DNA from: Epiperipatus broadwayi
Lineage: Eukaryota; Animalia; Onychophora
Length of the DNA: 64,000 nt
Assembly: GCA_028023455.1 (NCBI GenBank)
Contig: JAQFVV010000001.1
Span: 30,256,001-30,320,000 of the forward strand
Direction of reading: 5' to 3'
Part shown: positions 63,561 through 64,000 of the stretch, piece by piece
Numbering within the stretch: the stretch's first letter is position 1
Layout of the letters: each line of letters starts with the position of its first letter
Made by a program: the position numbers and the translations under genes
The notes under the pieces: model-generated
Told to the model about the DNA's origin: nothing
What the model saw: only the letters and a program-made list of their open reading frames with translations
The model's database searches: none

Positions 63561-64000
63561 AGTGAGCAAGTTGTGCTTACAAAATTATAGATTTACACAA
63601 CTACTGAGTTAAGGAGACTATTAATCTCTAAGGAGATATTAACTTTAAAGAGATCTGAATGATCTTTTTCTCAATTAGCAGTTAGCAAGTTGAATTGCTA
63701 ATACCATTTATTATTTAGAGTAAATAAACTCTTGAAGTTTTATATGTAAGTTTTATTGTTTTTCTTATTTAATAAAATATAATTATTCAACTGTTTGGTG
63801 CAGATCAATAGTTTAACCTGCGATGCTTAGATAAGGATTAGTTTAAGATATTAAATTTAGTGGTACTGTGAACCAAAAATTCAGAACAACATGACAACAA
63901 ACTTTAAATCAGTTTCAAGCCAAAATAACTCAATTTGCCAATCGTTTTATTCTATGCAAATGACCATCATTAATCAAGCAAAAGCTAATATAAATAACTA

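Noticed and set aside
1-64000. Most short ORFs in the supplied track (rich in F, I, K, N, L)
   Set aside because: Low-complexity products of AT-rich DNA, or antisense shadows of real features (e.g. 59219-59422 is antisense to the tankyrase exon; 57618-57851 and 62755-63075 are antisense to RTE remnants).

Overview
Very AT-rich (roughly 75% AT, estimated by eye) animal genomic DNA with no prokaryotic features. It is almost entirely intronic sequence of one plus-strand gene, tankyrase (TNKS/PARP5). Only two coding exons are visible: 11865-11977 (post-ankyrin linker) and 59276-59489 (Ser-rich linker plus start of the SAM domain). They join in frame across a 47.3-kb GT-AG intron, and the flanking exons lie outside the window. 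Nearly all other listed ORFs are spurious or decayed retroelements. The introns contain decayed RTE-clade LINEs, an L1/Tx1 3' end, a Gypsy gag scrap, several non-autonomous TIR DNA transposons, tRNA-Gly-derived mini-SINEs, many palindromes and a Penelope-like element (PLE). Three signals stand out. (1) The PLE 3' region is duplicated as a 1.1-kb inverted repeat, and each arm carries a tRNA-like Pol III-type head just upstream of a hammerhead-ribozyme motif. (2) A short foldback element carries a hammerhead core. (3) Unrelated short insertions repeatedly show 13(-15)-bp target-site duplications. Repeat copies show clear CpG decay. Everything was read by eye with no searches or folding programs, so coordinates of decayed elements are approximate and the organism cannot be named.
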